DNA of 64,000 nt from an uncultured Gemmatimonadales bacterium. GTDB taxonomy: Bacteria; Gemmatimonadota; Gemmatimonadetes; Gemmatimonadales; GWC2-71-9. Under the pieces are notes generated by a model that saw only the letters and a program-made list of their open reading frames with translations, did not search any database and was not told the origin of the DNA. A program made the translations under genes and the position numbers. The DNA lies in assembly GCA_963748815.1 (NCBI GenBank), contig CAVVKJ010000010.1, positions 704,001-768,000 of the forward strand. Reading direction: 5' to 3'. This document shows, piece by piece, positions 42,497 to 53,009 of this stretch. The number at the start of each line of letters is the position of its first letter. The first letter of the stretch is position 1.

Positions 42497-45307
42497 TTAT
42501 GGCTGCGCCGGCGGCGCCTTCCCCTTGGCAAAATCACCGGCGGTGATGACCGTGAATTTCGAGGGGACGATGAAGGCGCGGAATCCGTTGCTCACTTGCG
42601 CGGGCGTGAGGGCGTCGATCGCCTGGTCGAGCTTCGCCTCCCACGCCATGGTGCGCCCGAGGTAGAGCCCATCCACAAGTTGATCGGCCAGGCTGCCGTC
42701 GTCGGCGCGGGCGATCTGACGCTGCTGCAGGTATCCTGCCTTCCCCTTGGACACCTCTTCGGGAGTGAAACCGCCGTTGACGGCCGTGTCGGTCACTTGC
42801 TTGAACGCCTCGACCACCTTGGCGCCATTCTCGGGCGCGAAGATGGCGTACACGAACTCCTGGCCCACCTGATCCTCAGAGCTGGCGCTCAGCCCGCTCC
42901 CGACCCCGTAGCTCAGCCCTTCCGTCTGCCGAATCCGGACCATCAGCCGGGAATCGAACGCCGAGCCGCCGTAGATGTAGTCCCCGATGGCCACGGCCGG
43001 ATAGGCCGCATCCGCATCGCTCAATGGGAAGCTGGTCGACGCCAGCATGATCGCGTTGGCCTTGTCCGGGGTCTCGATCTGCTCACTGACCGCCGGCTTA
43101 TCGGACAGCAGGTCCGGGATGCGGGCGTACGCCGCGGGGCTCTTCCAGGCGCCGAAGATCTCGGTCAGGACCGGCGTGATCTCCGACGCCGCAAAGTCCC
43201 CGACGATCGCCGTCTCGCCGGCGCCGACCCCGTAGAACTCGACCCAGAAACGCTTGGCCTCCTCGACCGTCGCGGCGTTCAGCAGCGCCACCCGTTCGTC
43301 GATGGAGCTGACGTACCGCGGGTGGCCCGGCGGGTAGGCCTGCGTCGCCCGGGCGAGCGCCGTCTGCGCGAGGGCGATCGGGTCGCTCCGCTGCGACTCC
43401 AGCCGCGCCAGCCCTTCGCGCTGCAGCGTCGCGAACTCCGCCGGGTCGAAGCTCGGTTGCCGGAGTACTTCGCCCACGAGGCGGAGCACCGCCGGGAAAT
43501 TCGCGCGGACGGTGGAAATCGAGACGGTCGCCCCCTCGGCGGATCCGCGCACGCTGACCTGTGCCTTGAGCCGGTCGAACTCGTCCTTGATCTGCTGGCG
43601 CGTGTGGGTCGCCGTGCCCCGGAGCAGCATCGATCCGGCCAGCGACGCCGCCGTCGCCCGGCCGGTGAGGGCCGACTCGGTGCCGAAATGCAGCTGGATG
43701 GAGGCGTTGACCGTCTGGCCCCGCGTCTCCTTCGGGAGCAGCGCGACCTTCATGCCGCTCGGGAGCTCCGACCGCGTGGTCCGCGCGTCGATGTTGGCCG
43801 GTGAGGCGTCGAAGGCCTCGCCCAACGTCATCGTGGTGTCGCCCTTGTAGTCCTTGACCATCGCCGCGATGTCCGGCGCCGGCGGCATCTCCGCGCGATC
43901 CGGCTTGGTGGTCGGGACGAACACCCCGAGCGTCCGGTTGCTCGGCTTGACGTAGGCCGCCGCCACCCGTTGCACGTCCGCAGGCGTCACGGCACGCACC
44001 CGGTCCCGGTTGATGAAGATGAGCCGCCAGTCGCCCCGCGAGGCCCACTCGCTGAGGGCGAGCCCCACCTGGTCCGTCTGGGTCAGGCTCAGTTCGATGT
44101 TCTTCAGGATGGTCTGCTTGGCCCGCGCCACTTCCTCCTCGGTGGGCGGGCGCGTCGTCACCTCGTCGAGGGTGGCGAGCAGCGCCGCCTGCGCCACGGC
44201 CAGCGTGTCCTCGGTGCGGAGCTGCGCGCCGGCCAGCAGCATGCTCGGCTGGTAGAGCTGGTACGCCGACGACCAGACCCGGGCGGCGCGCTTCGGCTCG
44301 ACCAGCGCCTGGTACAGCCGCCCGCTGGGGGCCGAACCGAGGATCTGCGTGAGGACGCTGATGGCGGCGAAGTCAGGCTCCGACCCGGCGGGGATGTGGA
44401 ACCCGGCCAGGATGACCTGCTCGTCACCCACCCGCCGGAGCGTCACCGTCCGCTCGCCGTCCTGCACCGGCTCGACGGTGTAGGTGCCCCACAGGATGTT
44501 GCCGCCTTCGCGTTTCGGCCGGGGAATCGCGCCGTAGAGCTGTTCGATCCGCTTCAGGACCGCCGCGTCGTCGAACTTCCCCGCCACGACCAGGATCGCG
44601 TTGTCGGGCTGATAGTACTTCCGATAGAACCCCTGCAGCCGTCCGATCGGGACGTTCTCGATGTCCGAACGCGCGCCGATCGTGGAGTTGCCGTAGTTGT
44701 GCCAGAGATAGGCCGTCGAGAACACTCGCTCCTCGAGAATGGAGCCCGGGTCGTTCTCGCCCATTTCGAACTCGTTGCGGACCACGGTCATCTCGGATTC
44801 GAGATCACTCTTGGCAATGAACGAGTTCACCATCCGGTCCGCTTCGAGCCGCAGCGCCCAGTCGACGTTTTCCGGCGTCGCGGGCACCATCTCGAAATAG
44901 TTGGTGCGATCGTACCACGTCGTCCCGTTGAACTGGGCGCCGTGCTGCGTCATTTCCTCGCCGATCTTCGGGTGGCCGGTCGAGCCCTTGAAGAGCAGGT
45001 GCTCCAGCAGGTGCGCCATGCCCGTCTCGCCGTAGTCCTCGTGCCGGGACCCCACCAGGTAGGTGATGTTGACCGTCGTGACGGCCTTGGTCTGGTCGGG
45101 GAGGAGGAGGATCCGCAGGCCGTTCGGCAGCTGGTACTCGGTGATCCCCTCGACGGAGGCGACCTTGACCGCCTTCGGAGCGGGCTGGGAGGGCTTGGCT
45201 GGCCTGGCGGGCTTGGTGACCGGCTGTTGGGCCGGGACAACCCCCGCCGCGGCGATCGCCAGCAGCACGGTGAGCAGGCCCGCACGTTTCCAGGAAGCAA
45301 TGGACAT
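42497..45307 (-). CDS. M16 family (pitrilysin-like) zinc protease, exported
   Basis: Signal peptide; inverted zincin HLLEH, NGTT, VVRNE; RIRQTEGLSYG. Confidence 0.93.
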   Translation of the reverse strand: MSIASWKRAGLLTVLLAIAAAGVVPAQQPVTKPARPAKPSQPAPKAVKVASVEGITEYQLPNGLRILLLPDQTKAVTTVNITYLVGSRHEDYGETGMAHLLEHLLFKGSTGHPKIGEEMTQHGAQFNGTTWYDRTNYFEMVPATPENVDWALRLEADRMVNSFIAKSDLESEMTVVRNEFEMGENDPGSILEERVFSTAYLWHNYGNSTIGARSDIENVPIGRLQGFYRKYYQPDNAILVVAGKFDDAAVLKRIEQLYGAIPRPKREGGNILWGTYTVEPVQDGERTVTLRRVGDEQVILAGFHIPAGSEPDFAAISVLTQILGSAPSGRLYQALVEPKRAARVWSSAYQLYQPSMLLAGAQLRTEDTLAVAQAALLATLDEVTTRPPTEEEVARAKQTILKNIELSLTQTDQVGLALSEWASRGDWRLIFINRDRVRAVTPADVQRVAAAYVKPSNRTLGVFVPTTKPDRAEMPPAPDIAAMVKDYKGDTTMTLGEAFDASPANIDARTTRSELPSGMKVALLPKETRGQTVNASIQLHFGTESALTGRATAASLAGSMLLRGTATHTRQQIKDEFDRLKAQVSVRGSAEGATVSISTVRANFPAVLRLVGEVLRQPSFDPAEFATLQREGLARLESQRSDPIALAQTALARATQAYPPGHPRYVSSIDERVALLNAATVEEAKRFWVEFYGVGAGETAIVGDFAASEITPVLTEIFGAWKSPAAYARIPDLLSDKPAVSEQIETPDKANAIMLASTSFPLSDADAAYPAVAIGDYIYGGSAFDSRLMVRIRQTEGLSYGVGSGLSASSEDQVGQEFVYAIFAPENGAKVVEAFKQVTDTAVNGGFTPEEVSKGKAGYLQQRQIARADDGSLADQLVDGLYLGRTMAWEAKLDQAIDALTPAQVSNGFRAFIVPSKFTVITAGDFAKGKAPPAQP

Positions 45308-45412
45308 CGTCGAACTCCATCGGCACAGGTGTACACGCCAACCAGCGAACCCGAAGAATAGACATCGGGCCCGCCGTGAATGCAAACCAGCCACCGCCTG
45401 CCACTCCGCCAG

Positions 45413-45862
45413 TTAGGGCACCGCCACCGTCACGGGAAAAGGCCCGAAGGTGAGGTCATCCGCCGAGGCCTCGTGCCCCCAGCCGACGGTCACCGTCCCG
45501 GTGCCGGCCGCGACTTGCGCCGTCACATCGAATTCGAAATGCGCCGCGGCATCCTCGACCGCCGTGGCGAGCGCGCCTGGGGTGAACGCGAGCGCCGCGA
45601 AGTGGTCTGCCTCGATGCCCGTGATTTCGTCGCCGTCGGCGGCGTAGAACTTCACCACGACCCGCGTGACCGCGCCGGCCTCGAGCGTCAGGTTGGCGGT
45701 TTCATCCACGTCGTTGACGAACAGCTTGGCCGAGGCAGGCGTGTGGCCGTGCTCTGGCGCCGCCGCCTCGTCGCTGTTGCAGGCTACGACGCCCAGCGCG
45801 AGCGCGAGCAGGGGAAGGGCCATCAGCTGCGCCATCGTCCGGCGCGATACGTGTGGGAACAT
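45413..45862 (-). CDS. His-containing lipoprotein cotranscribed with a TonB-dependent receptor
   Basis: Lipobox VVAC, PEHGH, WGH; SD AGGAGG upstream. Confidence 0.72.
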   Translation of the reverse strand: MFPHVSRRTMAQLMALPLLALALGVVACNSDEAAAPEHGHTPASAKLFVNDVDETANLTLEAGAVTRVVVKFYAADGDEITGIEADHFAALAFTPGALATAVEDAAAHFEFDVTAQVAAGTGTVTVGWGHEASADDLTFGPFPVTVAVP

Positions 45863-45900
45863 GGGAACAACCTCCTGGACAGCAGGGTGAAACCCGCGGG

Positions 45901-47982
45901 TTAGCGCGGGTGGAGCAGGCGCACCGACACGAGCAAGCTTCGGGGAGCGCCGGGATTGATGTAGCCGGACGCGCGGATATCCGCGTATTTGGTATCGAAG
46001 ACGTTCAGCAGGTCCACGTCGATGCTGGTGCGGGCGCCGAGGGCGATGGATCCGCCAAGGTCGACGACCGCGTATGCCTCCGTCGTCACACCCGGCTCGC
46101 CGATCGGCGTGAACGGGCCAGTGAAGCGGACCAGGGCATAGGTAGAGAAACCCCTCCCCGGGGCAAACTCGGCCCCGACGCGGCCGAAATAGTCGGAGAC
46201 GCCGGGTACCGGATCGCCGGGCTCGAGGGGCTCGGTGTGGAAGTTCGGGCGGGGCGGACGGAGGGCGACGCGGTCCAGCTCGACATTGACCGGTTCGGCT
46301 GCGCCGGTAATCGTCGCGTCATTGAACGTCGCCTCGGCCTGGAGCGTCAACTTGCGGCCCATCTGCCAGGCCGCGCTCGCCGAGATGCCGCGCCGGCGGC
46401 TGGTGCCCGTCGCCAGGATGTCCAGGGTAACGGGATCCTTGATGCGTTCATTGGCCGTGTTGAACTGAAAGAGCGACGCGGTCACCAGGAGGGTACTCGT
46501 GCCGTACTCGGCGCCGATTTCACCGGCCCAGGCCGTCACGAGCGGGCGGTCCGGGTCGCCGATCACGCCGACCGGACCCCGAAACCCGCGGGCGAGGGAC
46601 CCGAGCAACCGTACGCGGCTGGAGGCCATGTAGCTCGCCCCGATCTTCGGGCTGAGCACCGGATCGGTGGCGTCCTGCCACGCGGCCAGCGAATCGAGGC
46701 GGTTGAGGCTCTCGTAATGGACCAGGTCACCGCGCAGCCCGAGATCGTACATGAACCGGGTGCTCAGCATCCCGCGCCAGCGGCCGTAGAGCCCGAGGGC
46801 CTGGTACCGTCCGTCATTGGATTGCTCGGCAGATACCGGCACGCGCTCATCGGTCTGTTCGAGATCATAGGCCGTCCAGTCGGCCCGCCCCGCAAGGCCA
46901 AGACTCAGCTCGCCGTCGCCCTTCACGCGGCTGACCTGGGCTTGCATCCCGACCGCGTGACGATCGTCCCGTTCCGCGGTCTGCTGAGGCGTGCCGTCTT
47001 CCGGCAGGGTGAGGAAGACCGTGGAGCGTCCCACCTGTCCCCAGAGCTGGGTTTCGAGGGTGGTCGTCGGGTTCAGGGCGACGCCATACCGCAGGGTACC
47101 GATGTAGCGGTCGGCATCGCCCCCGTCGGTGGTGTCGGTGGCCGCGACGAGATCGCCCTGATTGTACCGGTCCACCGACACGTATCCGGGCGAGTTCCAG
47201 GCGGAGCCGTACCCGTACAGTCCCCCCTCAAGTCGCCCCTTCCCGACCATTTGCCAGCCGCGAAGGACCGCGGTGCCGAGCAGGTAGTCGGCATTCTCCC
47301 GCCATCCCTCCTCCCGCTGCCCCGAGACCGAGAAGAGCGCCCCGGCGTCCGGCTGACGGAACCCACCCGTCACCCACCCGCGCACGTCGCCAAACGAGGT
47401 CACCCCCACGGAGGCGGTCGTCGCATCGGCGTCGGCGGCGGTGTACACCTCGACGACGCCCCCGAGTGAGAAATCGCCGTAGAGCGGGCTGGCCGGACCG
47501 TGAATGACGCGGGTGGCGCTGATGGCGCCCGGCGAGAGGATGCTCCAGTCGGCGTACCCTTCCACGTGGCCGTGAATCGGCAGGTTGATCGCCACACCAT
47601 CGAGGACGAGGAGCACGTCGGAGGAGTGATCGGAAGTGAAGCCGCCAATCACCACGTTCGAGGCGAATCCCGGACCCTGGCCCTGTTGGTGCACTTCGAT
47701 TCCCGCGGACCGGCCGATGAGGTCGTACGGGTTCCCGGCGGGGGCGCGCTGAATCGCCTCGGTGCTCACGTCAACTGTGGCGACGGGCGGGGCGACCGCG
47801 TGCTCCCGCTTCCCGGTGACGACGATTGGCGTGACGGTGGTCGGCCTCGTCGAGTCCCCCCGGGCCGGCGCCGGCTCTTGCGCAGCCGCCCGACCCCCGA
47901 ACGCCACGAGCGCGCAGGCGCAGGCCGCCACGCGCAAGGAGGTGCGCCGGCGAGCGGGGCGAAGAGGTGATCCAGCTTCCAT
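45901..47982 (-). CDS. TonB-dependent receptor, putative metal uptake
   Basis: Signal peptide, IVVTG TonB box, His-rich plug (DH, NLPIHGH), NVFDTKY...PGAPRS C-terminus. Confidence 0.88.
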   Translation of the reverse strand: MEAGSPLRPARRRTSLRVAACACALVAFGGRAAAQEPAPARGDSTRPTTVTPIVVTGKREHAVAPPVATVDVSTEAIQRAPAGNPYDLIGRSAGIEVHQQGQGPGFASNVVIGGFTSDHSSDVLLVLDGVAINLPIHGHVEGYADWSILSPGAISATRVIHGPASPLYGDFSLGGVVEVYTAADADATTASVGVTSFGDVRGWVTGGFRQPDAGALFSVSGQREEGWRENADYLLGTAVLRGWQMVGKGRLEGGLYGYGSAWNSPGYVSVDRYNQGDLVAATDTTDGGDADRYIGTLRYGVALNPTTTLETQLWGQVGRSTVFLTLPEDGTPQQTAERDDRHAVGMQAQVSRVKGDGELSLGLAGRADWTAYDLEQTDERVPVSAEQSNDGRYQALGLYGRWRGMLSTRFMYDLGLRGDLVHYESLNRLDSLAAWQDATDPVLSPKIGASYMASSRVRLLGSLARGFRGPVGVIGDPDRPLVTAWAGEIGAEYGTSTLLVTASLFQFNTANERIKDPVTLDILATGTSRRRGISASAAWQMGRKLTLQAEATFNDATITGAAEPVNVELDRVALRPPRPNFHTEPLEPGDPVPGVSDYFGRVGAEFAPGRGFSTYALVRFTGPFTPIGEPGVTTEAYAVVDLGGSIALGARTSIDVDLLNVFDTKYADIRASGYINPGAPRSLLVSVRLLHPR

Positions 47983-48135
47983 GGGTCGTCGATTCCGCCG
48001 CCGCCCGCGTCGATGGACCCCGATGGGATCCGGTCAGACGTACGACGGCAAAGACACGATTCCCCGGCCAGGGCCGAAGGATGAGGTGGTGCGACTAGAG
48101 TGTGGGGGACTGTCCGACGCGCGAAAACGCGGGGA

Positions 48136-48522
48136 TCAGCCGAGCGGAGCGGGAGGAGCGGTCGCGAAGGGTTGGAGGTGGTCGGACGGGGTAATCGGAG
48201 CCGGTTGCGAGTCGTCGAGCCACGGCAGGGCGGCGACGGCCGCCGGACCGGCCTCCGCCAGGGTGGTTGCGACCGGCAAGATCGTCGCCGTGGCCAGCGC
48301 GCAGTGACCGACGCAGCGGCAGGGGGTTGGGGCTTCAGGGCTTTGCCCATCGCCGGGAGGGGCGTCAGGCTCGGCGTGTCGATGGCCTCCCGCGGCGACC
48401 GACGCGCCGTCGGCCACGGATGGCGGGCAGGAGTGCAGGCCGCCGGGCACGGCCGTAACCAGGCCGAACCAGACCGAGAGTACTCCCGCGAGGGACCGGG
48501 CCCAGCCGTTCGTGGCGCGCAT
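48136..48522 (-). CDS. DUF2946/CruR-like Cys/His-rich leader protein
   Basis: N-terminal TM segment, HSC, HRH, CRCVGHC, C-terminal PFATAPP; directly upstream of the receptor. Confidence 0.65.
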   Translation of the reverse strand: MRATNGWARSLAGVLSVWFGLVTAVPGGLHSCPPSVADGASVAAGGHRHAEPDAPPGDGQSPEAPTPCRCVGHCALATATILPVATTLAEAGPAAVAALPWLDDSQPAPITPSDHLQPFATAPPAPLG

Positions 48523-48532
48523 CTTTCCGAAT

Positions 48533-51500
48533 CTAGCGGGAGCCGCCTACCTCGTCCACCAGCGTTCCGCCGGGGGCGGCGGCCCGCCGCCCGCGCAGGC
48601 GGTTCCCGAGGGCCTCGCGCCAGTCGAAGAAGATCTCGTAGACCGTCGGGATGACGAGCAGCGTCAACAGCGTCGACGTGAGCACCCCACCGATGACGGC
48701 CACGCCGAGCGGCTGGCGGAACTGCGCCCCCTCGCCGCTTGCGATGGCCACCGGAATCATCCCGGCAATCAGGGCGAATGTCGTCATCAGAATCGGACGG
48801 AGGCGGATGGCGCCCGCCTCGATGAGCGCCTCCCGAATGGGCATCCCCTTCTCGTGACTCCACTTGGCGAAGTCGATGAGGAGAATCGCGTTCTTCGCGA
48901 CGATTCCCATCAACAGGATAACGCCGATGAGGCTCATGATATTCACGGTCAGCCCGGTGATGGCGAGCGACAGCATGACCCCGATCAACGAGAGCGGCAG
49001 CGACATCAGGATGGCCATGGGGTCGAGGAACGACCCGAACTGCATGACCAGGATCAGGTACATCAACAAGACCGCCACTCCGAGGGCCAGGAAGATGTTT
49101 CCGAACACCTCGCTCTGGTTCTCGGCGTCGCCGCCCTCGGAGTAGGTGACTCCCGGCGGCAGCGGCTCGGTCGCCAGCGCCTTCCGGACATCCGCCATCA
49201 CCTCGCCGGTGGATCGGCCCTGCGTGTTCCACTCGACGTTGACCACGAGGTCCCGGTCGAGGTGGTTGATGACCGCCGGCCCAAGCCCGGCGGTGACACT
49301 CACCACCTGTCCGAGCGGTACGGTGCGCGGGATGCCGTTCACGCCGCCCGGGACGAGCAACGGAAGCTGGCGGAGGTCCTCCGCCCGGCGCCGCGCGGAT
49401 GGCGCCAGCCGCACCACCACGTCCCGGGTTTCGCCGCTGGGGTCCACCCAGTCGCCGGCGTCGATCCCGGCGAAGGCCGGCCGCAGGGCCTGCGCCACCT
49501 GCCCCGCCGTCAGGCCGAGCGCCCCGGCCAGACCGCGATCCAGGTCAACCGTCAGTTCGGGTCGCTGTCCCTTGCTGGACAGCGCGATGTCCACCGAGCC
49601 CTCCGTGGCGGCGACGATCGCGCGAACCTGCTCCGCCCCGGCGTTGATCGACGCGAGGTCGGGGCCCTTCACCTGGAGTGCGAGTTGTTTGCGCCCGCCT
49701 CCCATGTCGCTGGTGAACAGCGCCATGTTGACGCCGCCCAGCTGGACCAGCTCGCTCCGGATTTCCGCCCCGATGCGCTCGGCATCCAGCGGGCGTTCGT
49801 TCTTGGGCACCAGCTTGACATACATGCGCCCCACGTCGACGGCGCTGGAGGACGGATCGCCGAGGGTGATGTAGCTGTACATCACGTCCGGGCGCGCGCG
49901 GATGATGCGGTCCGCCTCCTCGGCCTTGGCGCGCGTGTACGCCAGGTTGGATCCGGGCGGGGTCTCGATCTGGACGTTGAACTCGGAGCGGTCGTCGAGG
50001 GGCATGAAGCCGACGCCCACCTTGTGCCACTCCGGCACCACCAGGAACAGTCCGACTCCCACCACGACCCCGACGACCGCCCCGCCGAGGCGCACCGCCA
50101 GCGGACGCGTGCCCGAGAGCGACCAGACGCTCACCACCAGCCCGGTCACCAGCGCCAGGAAGCCAAGCACCCCGTTCCACAGCAGGGCAAAGGCGCTGAT
50201 CATGGATCCCGTCGCCAGCAGCACCATGGCGGCACGGTGGTCCAGCGCCCACGCGATCACCCCGCGATAGCGCTCCGCCATCCGGTTGAACCAGGCGTTG
50301 AACCTGTCGAGCGTGCGCGTGATCCAGCTGCGCTTCTCCACGGGCACATGCGGATCGGGCCAGTAGGCGGACAGCATCGGGTCGAGCGAAAAGCTGACGA
50401 AGAGCGACACGAAGCACCGAGCAGGCCATCGTCAGGGCGAAGGGCTTGAACCACTGTCCGCCCACGCCGGACATGAAGGCCACCGGGAGGAACACGGCGA
50501 GGATCGAGAAGGTCGTGGCCGTCACCGCCAGCCCGATCTCGTCGGTCCCTTCGAGCGACGCGGTGTAGTGGTCCTTCCCGAGCTCGACGTGCCGCACGAT
50601 GTTTTCCCGGACCACGATCGCGTCGTCGATCAGGATGCCGATGGCCAGGGAGAGGCCGAGGAGCGACATCGTCTCCAGCTTGAAGCCGAACGCCCACACC
50701 GCGATGAACGACGCGAGCACGCTGACCGGGAGGGCGAGGCCGGTGATGACGGTGGAGCGCCAGGAATTGAGGAAGAGGAAGACCACCAGCACGGTCAGGA
50801 GCGCGCCTTCGAACAGCGCCTCCTGCACGTTGCGGACGGCGGCGGTGACGCGGGTGCCGGAGTTCTTCACCACGTTGATCGTGGTGCCCTCCGGGAGGGT
50901 CGCCTCGAGCTTGTGCACGCGTTCGAGCAGCTGTTCGGCCACGTCGGTCGTGCTGTAGCCCTTCGACTTCTTGATGTCGATCCCGACCGCTTCCGTGCCG
51001 TTGAAGAGCGCCAGCGTCCGCTGCTCCTCGATGCCGTCCCGGACGTCGGCCACCTGGCCGAGGCGGATCAGCACGCCGTTCCGCTCCGCCACAACGAGCT
51101 GGGCAAACTCCGCCGGGCCGCCCAGGCGGCCCTGGAGGCGGATGGCCCGCTCATCGTACTCCCCCTGCACCCGCCCCACCGGGGCGGCGAGGTTCTGGGC
51201 CTGCAGCGCCTGCACCACCTGCGCCACGCTCACCCGCGCCGCCTGGAGGGCCGCGGGCCGCAGCTCCACCGTCAGCTCCCGCTCCTGCTTGCCCGTCACC
51301 GTGACCTCGGCGACGCCCGGAATCGACCGCAGCTCACGCGTGATGCCAGGGTCGGCAAGCCGCGTGAGCTCGGCCGGCGTGAGCCGGGTGGACGACAGCG
51401 CGAGCGACACGATGGGGCGGTCGGTGTCGTTCAGCTTCTTGATGATCGGCTCTTCCATCTCGGCCGGCAGGTCGTTGCGGATGGCGGAAATGGCGTCCCG

Positions 51501-51824
51501 GATATCCTGAGTGGCCTCGGGGAGCGGTTTCTCGAAGATGAACTCGATCAGCACGAAGGCGAATCCATCCTCCGCCTTGCCCGTGACCTTCTTGACCCCG
51601 CTGATGGACGCGATCGCCTCTTCGACCGGGTTGAGGACTTCCGTCTCCACGGTCTCCGGCGACGCCCCGGGATACGGCACGGCCACCGAGACGTACGGCG
51701 GCGCCACCTCCGGGAACTCGTCGGTCTGGAGCCTGATCAGGGCGATGATCCCGCCCACCACGAGCGCCAGCATGGTGACGACGGTGATAGTCGGGCGCTT
51801 GATGGCGAAATCGGAAATGAGCAT
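48533..51824 (-). CDS. RND efflux permease (AcrB/AcrD/AcrF family); +1 frameshift near 50412 as assembled
   Basis: MLISDFAIKRP, GILIDDAIVVRENI, KNAILLID, RLRPILMTT; removing one base restores SVLVSLFVSFSLDPMLS. Confidence 0.92.
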
Positions 51825-51835
51825 GGCGTCGCCCC

Positions 51836-53002
51836 TTACGGTGTGGCGGCGGGGGAAGCCCGCTCGGCGAGATTCTGCACCCGGATCGGCGTGCCCGCCG
51901 CGATGCCGCGCGAACTGCCCAGCACGATCGTGTCACCCACCGCCAGACCGGAAGCCACCTCGACCAGCTCCGCCACGATGTCTTCCAGTCCCAGCACGAC
52001 CTCCGTCCGGACCAGTCGTCCGTTCTTGACCTGCGACACGGTCGGCCGCACCCCGCGCAGGTCCACCGCCGCCTTTGGCACCGTCAGCGCCTGCCGCTCC
52101 GAGGTCACGACCCGCCCCTCGGCGAAGAGCCCCACCACGAGCCGCTGCCCCGGGTTGGGGACGGTCACGAGAATCCGCACCTGCCGGGTCGCCGGATCGA
52201 CGGAGGGGTAAATGCGGGTCACCCGCCCGGTCAGGCGCCGGTCCGCGAACCCGCTCACGGTGAATTGCACCGCGGTGCCGACCCGGAGCCCGCCGAGCGA
52301 CTGCGCCGGCAGCTGGGCCTCGAGTCGGAGCGACGACGGGTCGATGATCGTGAACAGCTCCGTCCCGTTCTGGACGACGTCGCCCACGCTGACCATCGAC
52401 TCGCTGACGACGCCGGCGAACGGGGCCCGGACGCTCGCGCGCGCCAGCGCGCGCTGCGCGACGACCTGGCGGGCATTCGCCTCGGCCAGCGCCGCCTCCG
52501 CCTGCGCGACCGCCAGCGAGTCCGACTCGACGGCGCGGTCGGAGAGCGCTCCCGCCTCGGCCAGCCGCTTGTCGCGCTCAAGATTGCGCCGCTGCAGGCG
52601 CAGGTCGTTCTCGAGGCTCCGGACCAGCGCGTCGGCAAACGCCGCCTGCTCCCGCGCCATCTGCGGCTCGATCTGCACCAGCACCTGGCCGGCCGAGACG
52701 CCCTGCCCCGGCTCGACGAGCACCTGCAGGACCGAGCCTCCCAGCTCGGACCGGACCCGCGCCTCGCGTTCGGCCCCCAGGGTCCCGGAGATCGGAGGTC
52801 CATCCATCAGGAGGGTGTCACGGACCACCGCGATGTTCTCGGGCCCGATGACGATCGGGGCCGCCTCGTCGCTCTCGCCGCCCTGGGTGCGGTCCGCGCA
52901 CCCCGACAGGCCGATGCCGACGAGCGAGCACAACGCCAGCGCCATCCAGTTCCTGCGTGCGGTCATCATTCGGGCCCTTGCCGTCAAGTAGGTAGTTCGC
53001 AT
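51836..53002 (-). CDS. RND efflux periplasmic adaptor (MFP)
   Basis: Lipobox-like LSGC; VRAPFAGVV, VDPATRQ, VPKAAV; start may be 52969. Confidence 0.9.
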   Translation of the reverse strand: MRTTYLTARARMMTARRNWMALALCSLVGIGLSGCADRTQGGESDEAAPIVIGPENIAVVRDTLLMDGPPISGTLGAEREARVRSELGGSVLQVLVEPGQGVSAGQVLVQIEPQMAREQAAFADALVRSLENDLRLQRRNLERDKRLAEAGALSDRAVESDSLAVAQAEAALAEANARQVVAQRALARASVRAPFAGVVSESMVSVGDVVQNGTELFTIIDPSSLRLEAQLPAQSLGGLRVGTAVQFTVSGFADRRLTGRVTRIYPSVDPATRQVRILVTVPNPGQRLVVGLFAEGRVVTSERQALTVPKAAVDLRGVRPTVSQVKNGRLVRTEVVLGLEDIVAELVEVASGLAVGDTIVLGSSRGIAAGTPIRVQNLAERASPAATP

Positions 53003-53009
53003 GGTGAGT

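Noticed and set aside
47983..48135. Cobalamin or other riboswitch upstream of the TonB receptor
   Set aside because: I could not find B12-box or other aptamer consensus elements; the leader-ORF model fits better.
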